A model generated the notes under the pieces. That model did not search any database. It was not told the DNA's origin and was given only the letters and a program-made list of their open reading frames with translations. Of a DNA stretch of 64,000 nucleotides, positions 37,526-49,319 are shown piece after piece. The stretch is taken from positions 21,390,001-21,454,000 of the forward strand of contig OX597840.1 of NCBI GenBank assembly GCA_951406725.2, given 5' to 3'. A program made the translations under genes and the position numbers. Source of the stretch: Octopus vulgaris. Lineage: Eukaryota. Each line of letters begins with the position of its first letter. Within the stretch, counting starts at the first letter, position 1.

Positions 37526-37745
37526 CACACATATCATATATATATATATACACACATAAGTCTTATACATACATATATATATGTATATGTATATATATAA
37601 AATATATATTATGTATCATATCATATTTGTACACATCTTTGTATGTGTTTATATATATATATATATATATATACATATATATATTTGTATGTATGTTCAT
37701 ATTCACCCACACACACACACACACATGCATGTGTGTGTGTGTGAG
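36720..37745. repeat. ~1-kb (TA)/(CATA)-type microsatellite
   Basis: Read directly from the sequence. Confidence 0.97.
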
Positions 37746-38504
37746 AGCATGTGATTCATATATTATTAAGATTAATCTCCCTCCTGGGTCCGTTGGAAGC
37801 TTTTATTTCTTGTTGCTGCTTATTAATAACATCAATGGCAACTTGTGATCAGACCTTTTCTCCCTCTGCCATTGTTGTTGCTATTGTTGTTGTCGTTGTT
37901 GTTGTACTGTAGCTATAGCTATCATCGTTCCTGTTGCTGTTTTGTAGCCCAGGTGACATTCATCCGCCTCCAACAACAGCCACAGCAACAACAACAATAA
38001 GCAGTAACAAGAAGAACACCAACAACACCAACATCATCATCACCACCACCACCACCAATAACAATAACAACATAAAAAAAAAGCGGTAGCAGCAGCGGCA
38101 GCAGCAGGAGCAGCAGTGAAGCGCAAGCTTTAACTGGTGACCCAGAAACCCAACAAATGTTGACCCAAGCCAGATATTGAGCATTGATTACTTCTGCCGT
38201 AATAATACGTATTATTGATCTGTGTTTGGCTGAATGGGTAGACTGACCTTGGCAGCATTTGAACTCTGGATTTCAAACTGACAAACAGCTTGGCACTAAT
38301 GCATTCTAAAGCTGGCATTCTGCGTGCAAAACCATTCCACCATCGAAAGATTTTGGCCATTCAGTCATTGGGTCACAGACTACATTAGTGCTTCTCAACC
38401 ATTTTTTGCCTCTGATGTTAAAAATTAGGCAAATAAGTTATATTTTGCTAAACATAGTCTGGAAACTTTTTTGATACTACTTCCTATACACACACACACA
38501 ACAC

Positions 38505-38695
38505 TTGACCAACTAAGCTATCAGATGTTGTTACACATTGCTAGTCACAATGCGTTTTGCATTGATTTAGCCTTCAAATGATGCTACCCTGCTGGGTAAG
38601 GGAGTAGGCCAACAGTCCCCCCTGATTGGAAGGGGGGAATGCAGTAACATGAAATGAATTGTTTTGCTCAAGAACACAATGTGCTGCCAATCAGG
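38505..38695 (-). mobile_element. Old SINE E fragment with the shared tail
   Basis: tcagatgttgttacacattgctagtcacaatgcg matches the tail of 38717-39020, followed by ttttgctcaagaacaca. Confidence 0.65.
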
Positions 38696-38716
38696 GAAAG
38701 TATACATACATATATA

Positions 38717-39019
38717 TCACGTGATCACGTGACCAACCAGTCCATCAGATGTTGCTACACATCGCTGGTCACAATGCGTTCGCATTGTTTTAGCCTTCAA
38801 ATGACGCCACCCCGCTGGTTAAGCGAGCAGGCCAACAGAAGAAAGAGTGAAAGTTGTGGCGAAAGAGTACAGCAGGGATCGCCACCACCCCCTGCCGGAG
38901 CCTCGTGGGGCTTTAGGTGTTTTCGCTCAATAAACACTCACACCGCCCGGTCTGGGAATCAAAACCACGATCCTACGACTGCAAGTCCGCTACCCTAACC
39001 ACTGGGCCATTGCGCCTCC

Positions 39020-39020
<1 letters not shown>
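38717..39020 (-). mobile_element. SINE with family D head and an alternative tail
   Basis: The first ~170 nt match 22209-22380; the 3' part differs and ends in (tcacgtga)2. Confidence 0.85.
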
Positions 39021-39080
<60 letters not shown>

Positions 39081-39353
39081 CATACATATATATATATATA
39101 TACATACATACATATACATACATACATACATATATATATATACATACATACATATATATACATACATACATATATATATACATACATACATACATATATA
39201 TATACATACATACATACATATATATATATACATACATATATATATATATATATACATACATATATATATACATACATACATACATACATATATATATATA
39301 CATACATACATACATACATATATATACATACATACATATACATACATACATAC

Positions 39354-39397
<44 letters not shown>
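39021..39397. repeat. (TA)/(CATA) microsatellite
   Basis: Read directly from the sequence. Confidence 0.95.
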
Positions 39398-39398
<1 letters not shown>

Positions 39399-39705
39399 CT
39401 TTAATGATATTCTGTTGTGTCTGGAGAGAGTCATTCTCTTTTAGTGCCTTATAATTTAACACACTCACCAGAAAATTTTTGTTGCGTCTTGCAACCTTTT
39501 CAATAGTCTTCTAGAAGACTATTTTTATTTTAGGAAAATAAAAATAAGGAATAAGTGGAAATTTTACCGATGCGTGTGTTACATTATAAGGCACAGAAAG
39601 AAAATGACTCTCCCCAGACACAACAGAATATGCTTCAACACACAAACTCATATAAAGAATCTTGCAAACCAAATCCAAAAGTGAAATAAACTTTAATGAT
39701 ATATT
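39398..39705. mobile_element. Old fold-back element starting in (TA)n
   Basis: Imperfect arms ~39407-39478 and ~39557-39631, a 22-bp palindrome at 39502-39523, and actttaatgatat at both ends. Confidence 0.55.
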
Positions 39706-39954
39706 TCAAACAATGAGGATTCTAATACATTCATTCCCACACACACACACACACACACAATGAACAACTGGAACTGGAAGGCACAGGGTGAATGCAGTAT
39801 GGAGATCATAAGAACAGCAGCTGTTGTAGTAGCAGTTGACAAGGCAAAGAGAGGACAAAGCATGAGCACGTTTATAATGTCCAGAAATATTCTCAGTTGC
39901 TAACGTTTCCTGTTAAAGTATTGTATTGTTTGTTGAACTGGTAATTTAAAAAAA

Positions 39955-40284
39955 TTTTTACTTGTTTCAGTCATTACACTACGGCCATGCTGGGGCACCA
40001 CCTTTTGAGGCTGAACAAATCGACCCCAGTACTTATTTTCTTTTTAAAGCCTACTACTTATTCTATCAGTATCTTTTGCCAAACTGCTAAGTTACAGGGA
40101 CGTAAACACACCAACACCAGTTCTCAGGCAGTGGAGGAAGACAAACACAGACACACACAAAATGAGCTTCTTTCAGTTTTCATCTACCAAATCCACTCAC
40201 AAGGCTTTGGTTGGCCCAAGGCTATAGCAGAAGACACTTGTCCAAGGTACCACACAATGAGACTGAACCTGGAACCATGTCGCT
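39955..40284 (-). mobile_element. SINE family A, old
   Basis: Diverged match. Confidence 0.75.
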
Positions 40285-40722
40285 TATGGTTTTGATTCCT
40301 GGACCAGGCAACACATTGCGTTCTTGAGCAAAACACTTCATTTCACGTTGCCCCAGGCCACTCAGTCCCTGTGATGGACCGGTGTCCCATCCAGGTGGGG
40401 GAATATATACACCATGAAACTGGGCCTTATGAGTCACCATAATTCAAGAAGGTAACTTTACTTTTGTGGAGGCACATGGCTCAGTGGTTAGGGGTGTTGG
40501 ACTCACGATTGTGAGATTGTGGTTTCGATTCCTGGACCAGGTGATGTGTTGTGTTCTTGAGCAAAACACTTCATTTCACGTTGCCCCAGTCCACTTGGCT
40601 GGCTAAAGTGAGTGACCCTGTGATGGACTGGTGTCCCGTCCAGGTGGGGAATATACATGTCATGGAAACAGGGAAACCAGCCCTTATGAGTCAGCATGAC
40701 TCGAGAAGGTAACTTTACCTTT
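40285..40722 (+). mobile_element. Two tandem SINE E copies (headless 40285-40465, full 40468-40722)
   Basis: Head ggaggcacatggctcagtggttagg...ggtttcgattcc, CORE-like ttgagcaaaacacttcatttcacgttg, then ccctgtgatggactggtgtcccgtccagg and a ctttacct tail. Confidence 0.8.
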
Positions 40723-40729
40723 GCTAATT

Positions 40730-40962
40730 CTTATTTCTTTATTGCCCACAAGGGGCTAAACATAGAGGGGACAAACAAGGACAGACAAACGAATTAAGTT
40801 GATTACATCGACCCCAGTGCATAACTGGTACTTAATTTATCGATCCCGAAAGGATGAAAGGCAAAGTCAACCTCGGCGGAATTTGAACTCAGAACGCAGC
40901 GGCGGACGAAATACCACAACGCATTTTGCCCGGATTGCTAACGTTCTGCCAGCTCGCCGCCT
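40730..40962 (-). mobile_element. SINE family B, full length
   Basis: Consensus match. Confidence 0.9.
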
Positions 40963-42166
40963 TTTCCAATTCTGACTCCAGCAGGTTTCTTCCAGAAAGA
41001 GAGGAAAAGTGAGAGAGACAGAGAGGAAGAGAGAGAGAGAGAGAGAGAAGAATTGTCACCACCACCAAAAATTAATACTCGAGCAACAGATGTTGAGCCT
41101 AGAATGATGAAATGCAGAAATAGCCTTGGTGGGGTTTGAACTCATGATGTAGAGGAATATATATCTATATAGTTAAATGATAAAAGGCATTTTGGTTCAC
41201 TACTGCTACCAATTCCGTATAGGTACGGCCCTCAGGATAACAACAACAACAACAAGAGCAATTATTTTCAATGGCAACAACTGTAACGATAACGACCATC
41301 ACTAATTACAATAACAATAGTTTTATTAAAATCAATTTGATAAACGAAGGCAGCGGTTATCGGCGATAAGATGCGGGTGGGGTGGGGTGGTAGGGAGTGG
41401 GGTGGGTGAAGACAGGAGGGAGAGGCGGGAAGACGAGGAAATGATGGTAAGTTTTTTTGTGGGGTGGGGTGGGGGTATGTGTGGGTGGGAAGGGGGAGGG
41501 GTGGGGGGTTGAGAGAAAGGCATTCAGAACTATTTAAATGAATTTTGCTAATGAATATACAATTAGGTAAGTAACAACAACAACAGCAGCAACAACAATT
41601 GGGTGTCGGAGAAATGAGGAGGCCATGATTTATGGTTGCCCTCCCTCACCCCTCATCAAATTCCCAGACACACAAACACACATACACCCCTGCCCCTGAG
41701 CCCCCTCACCCCACAACTCCCCGCACCAACCTTACACAGTAATTCCTCGTTTCGAAGGTACTAATTATCATCATTGTTATTGCCACCTTTAGTTTTTGAT
41801 TTCCCTGATTTTATTTATTTATTTATTTGTTTTATTCCAGTCTATTGATTTTTTTTTGGGGGGGGGGGAGTTGGGCAGAAGGTTCCGGATGTTTCGTGTT
41901 GCAACTAACAGCCCAGGTCTGCTATTGTGCTTGCGTTTCTGAGTTCAAAACCAACCAACAGACTCGTATTTTTAGCTTCCACCTGAACCCTGTATTCAGT
42001 TTTAGCCATTCCAATAACTCAATGAAGTTCAAGTACCAGTAATATACTGGTACATGTAAATGCCTCTTTCAAGGCACACACACACATGCACACGCAAATA
42101 GTTCATTCAAACAAACAATTAAAAACCAGAGACAAAAGAAACAAAAACAAAACGAACATGGGGACA

Positions 42167-42397
42167 TACTCTCTCTTTTACTCTTTTACTTGTTTCAGTC
42201 ATTTGACTGCGGCCATGCTGGAGCACCGCCTTTAGTCGAGCAAATCGACCCCAGGACTTATTCTTTGTAAGCCCAGTACTTATTCTATCGGTCTCTTTTG
42301 CCGAACCGCTAAGTGACGGGGACGTAAACACACCAGCATCGGTTGTCAAGCAATGCTAGGGGGACAAACACAGACACACACACACACATATATATAC

Positions 42398-42446
<49 letters not shown>

Positions 42447-42452
42447 TACGAC
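42167..42452 (-). mobile_element. SINE family A 3' half
   Basis: Ends just past the internal (TA)n. Confidence 0.88.
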
Positions 42453-42581
42453 ATGTGCAAAAAATATATTAATTTGACGATTGCAGAAGGGAGAGAGTTG
42501 TTCAATTCTATGTTTAAGAGATGAGGAATTATGTACATTATTTACAATTGACGGATATTTATCCTCATCTTCTTTGCTGTT

Positions 42582-42627
42582 AACACAATATTTCGGCTGA
42601 TATACCCTCCAGCCTTCATCAGGTGTC
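42582..42627 (-). ncRNA. Degenerate minimal hammerhead motif in PLE-like debris (~42453-42690)
   Basis: Minus strand: GACAC|CTGATGA-A|GGCTG-gagggtatat-CAGCC|GAAA-TA-TT|GTGTT. Confidence 0.5.
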
Positions 42628-42700
42628 TTGGGGAAATTTCAAACCTGGGGTCTCATTCCTAAGGTATTTTTTGATGTTATTATTATGAAAATATAAAGAA

Positions 42701-43093
42701 CAAGCAGTATCGCCCGGCGTTGCTCGGGTTTGTAAGGGAAATAACTATAAAGCATTTTTAGAGAGTTATAGCCAAAAAATAGCAAAAAAATGCATTAAAA
42801 ATGGAAAAAAAATGATGGTAAATTTTTTTAAATCGTTGACTCATCGTAGACATTTTTAGAGAGTTACTTCCCTTATATTAAAAAAAATATGCATTAAAAT
42901 GGAAAAAAATGATGGTAAATTATCTTTAAAATCGTAGACTCATCGTAGACGCGCGCTAATACCCAGAAGGGCTCGATATGAATCACGACTATAATATACC
43001 CGGTTTTGGTTAAACTGCACCGCAAAATGTGGGAGTAGTTAGGAATCTAAATCGTAGGAGACAGACACACAAGCTCTCTTTTATATATAAAGA
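42701..43093 (-). mobile_element. Non-autonomous Helitron
   Basis: Minus strand starts TCTTTATATATAAAAG after an A and ends with hairpin CCCGAGC-aac-GCCGGG plus CTTG (cf. CTAG) before a T. No TSD; internal ~98-bp duplication at 42753-42949. Confidence 0.75.
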
Positions 43094-43184
43094 TATTTTT
43101 GTGTAAGTGCTTTTGGCTGTCACTGGTTGACTTCACTGAACAGGATTAAAAACTTCAATAATAGGAAAAAATTCATATTCCAGT

Positions 43185-43465
43185 TTGAATTGCAAGAGAG
43201 AAAGCCTAATTTATTGCATTACATATCAGCAATGCAATAAAAATTATATTGGTCAAACAGGAACAAAATTAATGAACTGAGTCAGGGTACATAAACAACA
43301 ATTAGGAATCCATCCGTCAGGAATGTTCCAAAGAGTGAACAGTTATTTATCTGTGCAAATGGGAAATTCAAAGTATTCCAATATTTCAAAATCAAACAAG
43401 AAAACTAACAATTATGTAAAAGCAAAAGAAGAAAATTTTATAAAGATATTCAATGCAAAAACATT
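43185..43465 (+). pseudogene. Penelope-like element GIY-YIG endonuclease relic
   Basis: LNCKRESLIYCITYQQCNKNYIGQTGTKLMN*VRVHKQQ, then after a frameshift RNPSVRNVPKSEQLFICANGKFKVF...KAKEENFIKIF. A degenerate hammerhead core (ctgaaga-gcc..ggc-taaa) follows at 43540-43562. Confidence 0.85.
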
Positions 43466-43783
43466 CTAGAAATACTGAGAAATGTTACCAAAAAATTATT
43501 ATAAAGATAACAACGCAGAAACTGGTTTATATCAGGCATCTGAAGAGCCTGTCATGGCTAAAAGCATTTACTCAAAATTCTTCTTAATATGCTCCATATG
43601 GGCTGTGTTATAAGGTGTGTTTTTAAAAGATCTTTTTAAAAAAAATATTTAATTTTTAAAGGAATTTTTCCCCAACTACACCTACACCCGTATACACATA
43701 CAAAATTCATTGAAAGATACAGTATATATATATATACATATATATACACATTGAACACAAATGTTTCTTTTTATTTTACTCAC

Positions 43784-43819
43784 CTGTCTCATTTCTGGGC
43801 AGTTGGAAGGTTGACATAC
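43784..43819 (-). other. Candidate 36-nt microexon / recursive-splicing exon
   Basis: Minus strand: tattttacttgcttattgcag|GTATGTCAACC...GAGACAG|gtgagt. Phase-0 translation VCQPSNCPEMRQ. Confidence 0.5.
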
Positions 43820-43933
43820 CTGCAATAAGCAAGTAAAATAGCTTTAACCAAGGGCAAAAGTTTACATATCTGATTATAGATACACACACTCATGCGTATA
43901 TATATATAGATATATATATATATATATATATAT

Positions 43934-44261
43934 GAATAATTGAGTAGTTGAATGAATTATCTTATTATGGATAATTCGGTTAACCGATACCTGGGTAGCA
44001 AATTCACGTCAGAAAAACATGGTTGAAGCTACATGCCAAGGGCAGAGATCACGTGCTTTCGTGTGGAAATTTGTGTGTTTTTTTAAATACAAATAAATGA
44101 AAGAATGGAGTTGAACGACGAATTAACAAAATTCCTTTATTTTATTTTCGACATATGTTTCGAAGGCTGCATGTTCCTAATTTCGAAGGAATAAGGGGTG
44201 CATTATGCCGCCTTCTCATCAGGAAAAACAAGGAACTTATGTCGTTCAACTCCATTCTTTC

Positions 44262-44267
<6 letters not shown>
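43934..44267 (-). mobile_element. Fold-back Penelope-like element in (TA)n
   Basis: A 27-bp perfect inverted repeat (44093-44119 / 44241-44267) encloses a hammerhead. (TA)n on both sides. Confidence 0.7.
44145..44227 (-). ncRNA. Canonical type I hammerhead ribozyme
   Basis: Minus strand: TTTTC|CTGATGA|GAAGGC-g-GCAT...ATGC-a-GCCTTC|GAAA|CATATG|TC|GAAAA. All core residues, G-C at the base of stem II, palindromic stem III and a GUC triplet. Predicted cut between 44150 and 44149. Confidence 0.85.
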
Positions 44268-44304
<37 letters not shown>

Positions 44305-44923
44305 CACACACATACATATATACAAACATATATACATACACATACACACATACTATATTGTATGTATGTATGAAATATTTTTATCACACGTTTGTCTTTA
44401 TCAGGGAAGGGTTGACTGGAGCTGTAAAGTCATATATCTATTCAAATTAGCTAACCCGAATCTTTCTTCTCTACAGATCCAGCTGTTTCTTGGTAGACAA
44501 GGTTCATATGAAATGAACTGAGCAGAGACAATAAGTTCACCTTCAAAATTCAAAACAAAACAGGGGTAGTAGATTTGAAACCGAAAACCCATGGCCTGAT
44601 AGCTAAATACCCTACCCCACTTGGCCATTTGATTTCCACAGATGAAGAATTGATACCATGCATCCCGGAAAGGATAACACTGAGTGACCAGCACATAATC
44701 TGTGAAAATATTTGTCTTTTATTTACTATTTTAGAGAAGTAATTTGTGTATTGATCCCAAGGGCCATTCTTAGAGCAGGATTAACCATCATGTAAAATAA
44801 GCACATGCTTAGGATATCAAGGAGGGGGGGATGGCATGGAAATGGTAAATGGTTTACAGCACAAAAGAAATCACTTCAAACTTGTTAAAAATAATACTGA
44901 AAGTGGTGTGTATGATCAGAAAT

Positions 44924-45320
44924 AGGCGCAGGAGTGGCTGTGTGGTAAGTAGCTTGCTAACCAACCACATGGTTCCGGGTTCAGTCCCACTGCGTGGCAT
45001 CTTGGGCAAGTGTCTTCTGCTATAGCCCCGGGCCGACCAATGCCTTGTGAGTGGATTTGGTAGACGGAAACTGAAAGAAGCCCATTGTATATATGTATAT
45101 ATGTGTATGTATGTGTGTTTGTCCCCCTAGCATTGCTTGACAACTGATGCTGGTGTGTTTATGTCCCCGTCACTTAGCGGTTCGGCAAAAGAGACCGATA
45201 GAATAAGTACTGGGCTTACAAAGAATAAGTCCCGGGGTCGATTTGCTCGACTAAAGGCGGTGCTCCAGCATGGCCGCAGTCAAATGACTGAAACAAGTAA
45301 AAGAGTAAAAGAGTAAAAGA
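44924..45320 (+). mobile_element. SINE family A, full length
   Basis: Consensus match. Confidence 0.92.
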
Positions 45321-45336
45321 GAAATATAATTTCAAA

Positions 45337-45650
45337 GTGTGGCAACAGGACTCTGTACCATGCCATACAAGCAGGAGAACCCAGTCATGGCTGTCAGACA
45401 ATTTCTGCGACCACATCACTCCTAACATCTGGCCACCTAACTCCCCAGACTGCAACCCCCTTGATTATTATGTGTGGGGCATAGTTGAGCAAGAGACCAA
45501 CAAAACTCCTGCAACACCAAAGATGAACTGAAGGCAAAGATTATGGCAGCATTCACCAACTTAAACAAGGAGACCATCCAGAAGAGTTGCAGGAGATTCC
45601 AAAGTTGTCTGGAGGATGTGCTTGAAACCAATGGCAATTTTATTGAATGA
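45337..45650 (+). pseudogene. DD37D (maT-type) Tc1/mariner transposase C-terminal relic
   Basis: WQQD followed 37 residues later by D in WPPNSPDCNPLDYYVW. After a frameshift it reads NTKDELKAKIMAAFTNLNKETIQKSCRRFQSCLEDVLETNGNFIE*. Confidence 0.88.
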
Positions 45651-46401
45651 ATTTATTATTTAGTATTTCAAGATATTTTTAAGCAAATATATCTGTTAAA
45701 ATGTGAAGTCAGTGTTATTTTCATGTGTAATTTAGATGACAGGTTATTCATGGTTTAGTATTGAACACACGAACATGGCTTGGATGCCTTAAACACACAC
45801 TTCAAAGAAATACTTACCAGTCGCAGATTTTGCCCAGTTAATTTACGACTGGCAAAACTCCTCGAATTTACAGACATGCCTGCATTATTGGGTCCCTATA
45901 AATGAAACAAAAATTTTTATAAGTGCCAATTTTTTGTAAAAATTTGGAAACGAGAAAACAAAAACGAAAGTAATGATGTTTTCAATTTTATCAAATGAAT
46001 TTAGGTTCATTTAAGAGCCAACCATTTCATTAGCAGATTTCTAAGGCAATACTCTGCGTTTCTTTCAGTTAGTTTTGGAAATGAAGAAGAATTAACCCTC
46101 ATGGGACATCCAGGCCAGTTGATCGGCCCTAGTGATACAAGCTGGAAGGACTTTGAGGCCGATCCATCGGCCCAAGGGAACAAATGTTGTGAATGAGTTG
46201 GCTTTAAAATGTGATAGCTAATCAGAGACCATCTTTCAGTCAATGTATCTCAATAGAAAGAGAAATTTGGTCTTTTTGGCAACACATACGAAAACACCAT
46301 TGGTCTCAATCGGGTTAAGTAAAACAATTTTTGTCATTTATTAAAATGGTGTTTGGAATATAAATTAACATGGAATTTTGATGGAAAGTTTTAAATTATA
46401 T

Positions 46402-46634
46402 ATTTCTTTACTGCCCACAGGGGACTACACACAGAGGGGACAAACAAGGACAGCCAAACGGATCAAGTCAATTATATCGACCCTGGTACTTAACTGGTAC
46501 TTAATCTATCGACACCGAAAGGATGAAAGGCAAAGTTGACCTCGGTGGAATTTGAACTCAGAACGTAGCGGCAGACAAAATACAGCTAAGCATTTTGCCT
46601 GGCGTGCTAATGTTTCTGCCAGTTCGCCACCTTT
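46402..46634 (-). mobile_element. SINE family B with 16-bp TSD
   Basis: TSD aagttttaaattatat at 46386-46401 and 46635-46650. Confidence 0.88.
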
Positions 46635-47331
46635 AAGTTTTAAATTATATCACTTTCAAGCAGGGAGTTTGAATTATAGAACAAGATGCAGCCTCAAGAA
46701 GGTTGATACCAAAAGGGTGATGGGAAATAGTTTGATGAAAAGAAAAAACACATACTGAGAAGATGATGATGATGATGATGATGATGAGAAGAGTATTGTT
46801 GCAGTGAATTTTCTTTCCTTCTTTTTCCATTTTATTTTCTTTGTTTATTTAGAAATGTTTAAATTATTTTTTCCCTTTTTCTCTCTGTCTTTCTTCCCCT
46901 TTTCCTCTATCACATGACTTTGTAAATGAACAATCTGGTGTGTTGATTTTAATAGCCTACCAATGTATACAGTGAGTTTCTCTGCCCTAGGTGTCAGGAA
47001 GACACTCAGCAAGAAATGAAAACAGAATTGAAAGAAGATGCTAATGAAAATAATGATAATAATAATAATAAAGTGAGGATCAAATAGTATGTTTAATTGG
47101 CAAAAGGTGACCATCCCCACATATGACATTACATATATATTATATAAATGCATGCATAATACATAGAAAATACGTAATATACATGCAAAGGTGACCGCTG
47201 AGGTCACATCTGCCTTTCATCCCCCTAGGGGTCAATAAAAGTGCAATTTATATGAAGTAATTCTCCATTAAGGAGTGGAATATACAATTTCCGTAATTAG
47301 AGTCCAGTTCATGGTCCCAGAAGACAAAATG

Positions 47332-47430
47332 GAGAAGGCATTGCCCTGGAGAATGGTGACGGAGATGCGCTGGAACAGCCAAAGGCATTGCCCTGGGGAA
47401 TGGTAAGGAAGATGTGCTGGAATGGCCAGC
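47332..47430. repeat. Two-copy ~48-bp tandem duplication
   Basis: aaggcattgccctgg.gaatggt...agatg.gctggaa..gcca occurs twice. Confidence 0.8.
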
Positions 47431-47486
47431 CACTCTGACTCACAAGACTCCCACTTGCAGATATTACGTATATTAAATTTATGATA

Positions 47487-48252
47487 CATCATCATCATCG
47501 TTTAACGTCCATTTTTCCATGCTGGCATGGGTTGGAAGGTTCGACTGAGGTCTGGAGAGCCAGCGGCTGTACCAGGTTCCAATCTGATCTGGCAATGTTT
47601 CTTCAGCAGGATACCCTTGTTATCATCATCATCATCATCATCATTTAGCGTCCGTTTTCCATGCTAGCATGGGTTGGACGGTTCTGCTGGGGTCTGTGAA
47701 GCCAGAAGGCTTCATCAGGCCCAGTCAAATCTGGCAGTGTTTCTACGGCTGGATGCCCTTCCTAACGCCAACCACTCCGTGAGTGTAGTGGGTGCTTTTT
47801 ACGTGCCACCCGCACTGGTGCCAGACAGAGCTGGCAAACGGCCACGAACGGATGGTGCTTTTTATGTGCCACCGGCACGAGGGCCAGGCGAGGCTGGCAA
47901 CGGACACGAAACGGGGCGGTGCTGGCAACGGTCGCGAAACGGAAAGTTCTCTTACATGCCACCGGCACTGGTAACACATCTGCAATTTCCATTGATCGAT
48001 TTCCATTGATCGATTTCGATTCTGATCCTCACTTGCCTCAATGGGTCTTCACAAGCAGAGTTTCGACATGCCACCGGCACTGGTAGCACATCCGCAATTT
48101 CCATTGATCGATTTCGATTCTGATCCTCACTTGCCTCAACACGTCTTCACAAGTAGAGTTTTGTGTCCCAAGAAGGGAAGGTATGCATACGTAGGCTGGC
48201 TCCATCCCATGTAGAAGGCCACGGGTTGTGGACTCACTTGTCCTGCCGGGTC
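47487..48252 (-). mobile_element. Two RTE-family 3' ends (47487-47618; 47621-48252, a complete 3' UTR with a ~110-bp internal duplication)
   Basis: Terminal blocks, 60-bp-type units, and the ORF-end sequence tcacttgtcctgccgggtc. Confidence 0.85.
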
Positions 48253-48434
48253 GTTGTATATACTCTTCTTTTTTTTTATTCTTTTTACTTGTTTCATCCA
48301 TTTGACTGCGGCCATGCTGGAGCACCGCCTTTAAATATATATTATATATCACTCATATAATATATGTTATACATGTTATGATAATTTATGATGCTTATCA
48401 GGAATATATCAAGTGAATACCTGTATAGCTAAAC

Positions 48435-48725
48435 ACACATGCATACACACATACAGAGATGTATAAATATATATATATATATATATACATCTCTGTATGT
48501 GTGTATGTATGTATGCATATATATAGATATCTACCTACCTACCAGCCTACATATCCATCCATCTATCTACCTATATTTAGCTCTGTGTGTGTATATATAT
48601 ATATATATATGTATGTATATATATATGTATGTATATATATATGTATGTATATATATATATGTATGTATATATATATATGTATATATATGTATGTATATAT
48701 ATATATGTGTGTGTATATATGTATG

Positions 48726-48775
<50 letters not shown>

Positions 48776-48800
48776 TACATTGTGTGTGTGCGTGTGCGGG
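48435..48800. repeat. (TA)/(TATG) microsatellite
   Basis: Read directly from the sequence. Confidence 0.9.
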
Positions 48801-49016
48801 TATGCATGCAAACACTCAGTTGTTTAGTTTAAGACGTAAACACTATCAATCAAAGACCAGTAATTGTCTGATGTCTGCAATAGAAGCAATTACCAAGGCA
48901 AAAGTTTATTAAACAACTCATTAGAATGTAATGTAGTGTAAGGATAATTACCCGGCAGCTTAAGTAGAGATAATTACTCATTATATAATACACTAGAAAC
49001 CTCAACAGCTACATAA

Positions 49017-49063
<47 letters not shown>

Positions 49064-49319
49064 CACACACACACACAGAGTTATACTCATGTTATAAACA
49101 TTACATTTCGTTACCTGACATGCACACACATACACATACATATGTTCCATTCATATACACACATACACATACATATGTTCCATTCATATACATACATGCA
49201 CACACAATATATATATCTGTTACAAACAATACATTTCATTACATCACATGTGTGCAAGCATATATGCATCCATGCATATATATGTACAGACATACATGCT
49301 AACAATACATATATATATA

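Noticed and set aside
41374-41512. G-run cluster with G-quadruplex potential
   Set aside because: Similar G-rich low-complexity tracts are common in the window (e.g. ~420-440, ~5750-5815) and nothing ties this one to a function.
46048-46196. Possible plus-strand terminal exon (tttctttcag|...SFGNEEELTLMGHPG...CCE*)
   Set aside because: Short, with no recognisable protein and no supporting neighbouring exons on that strand.
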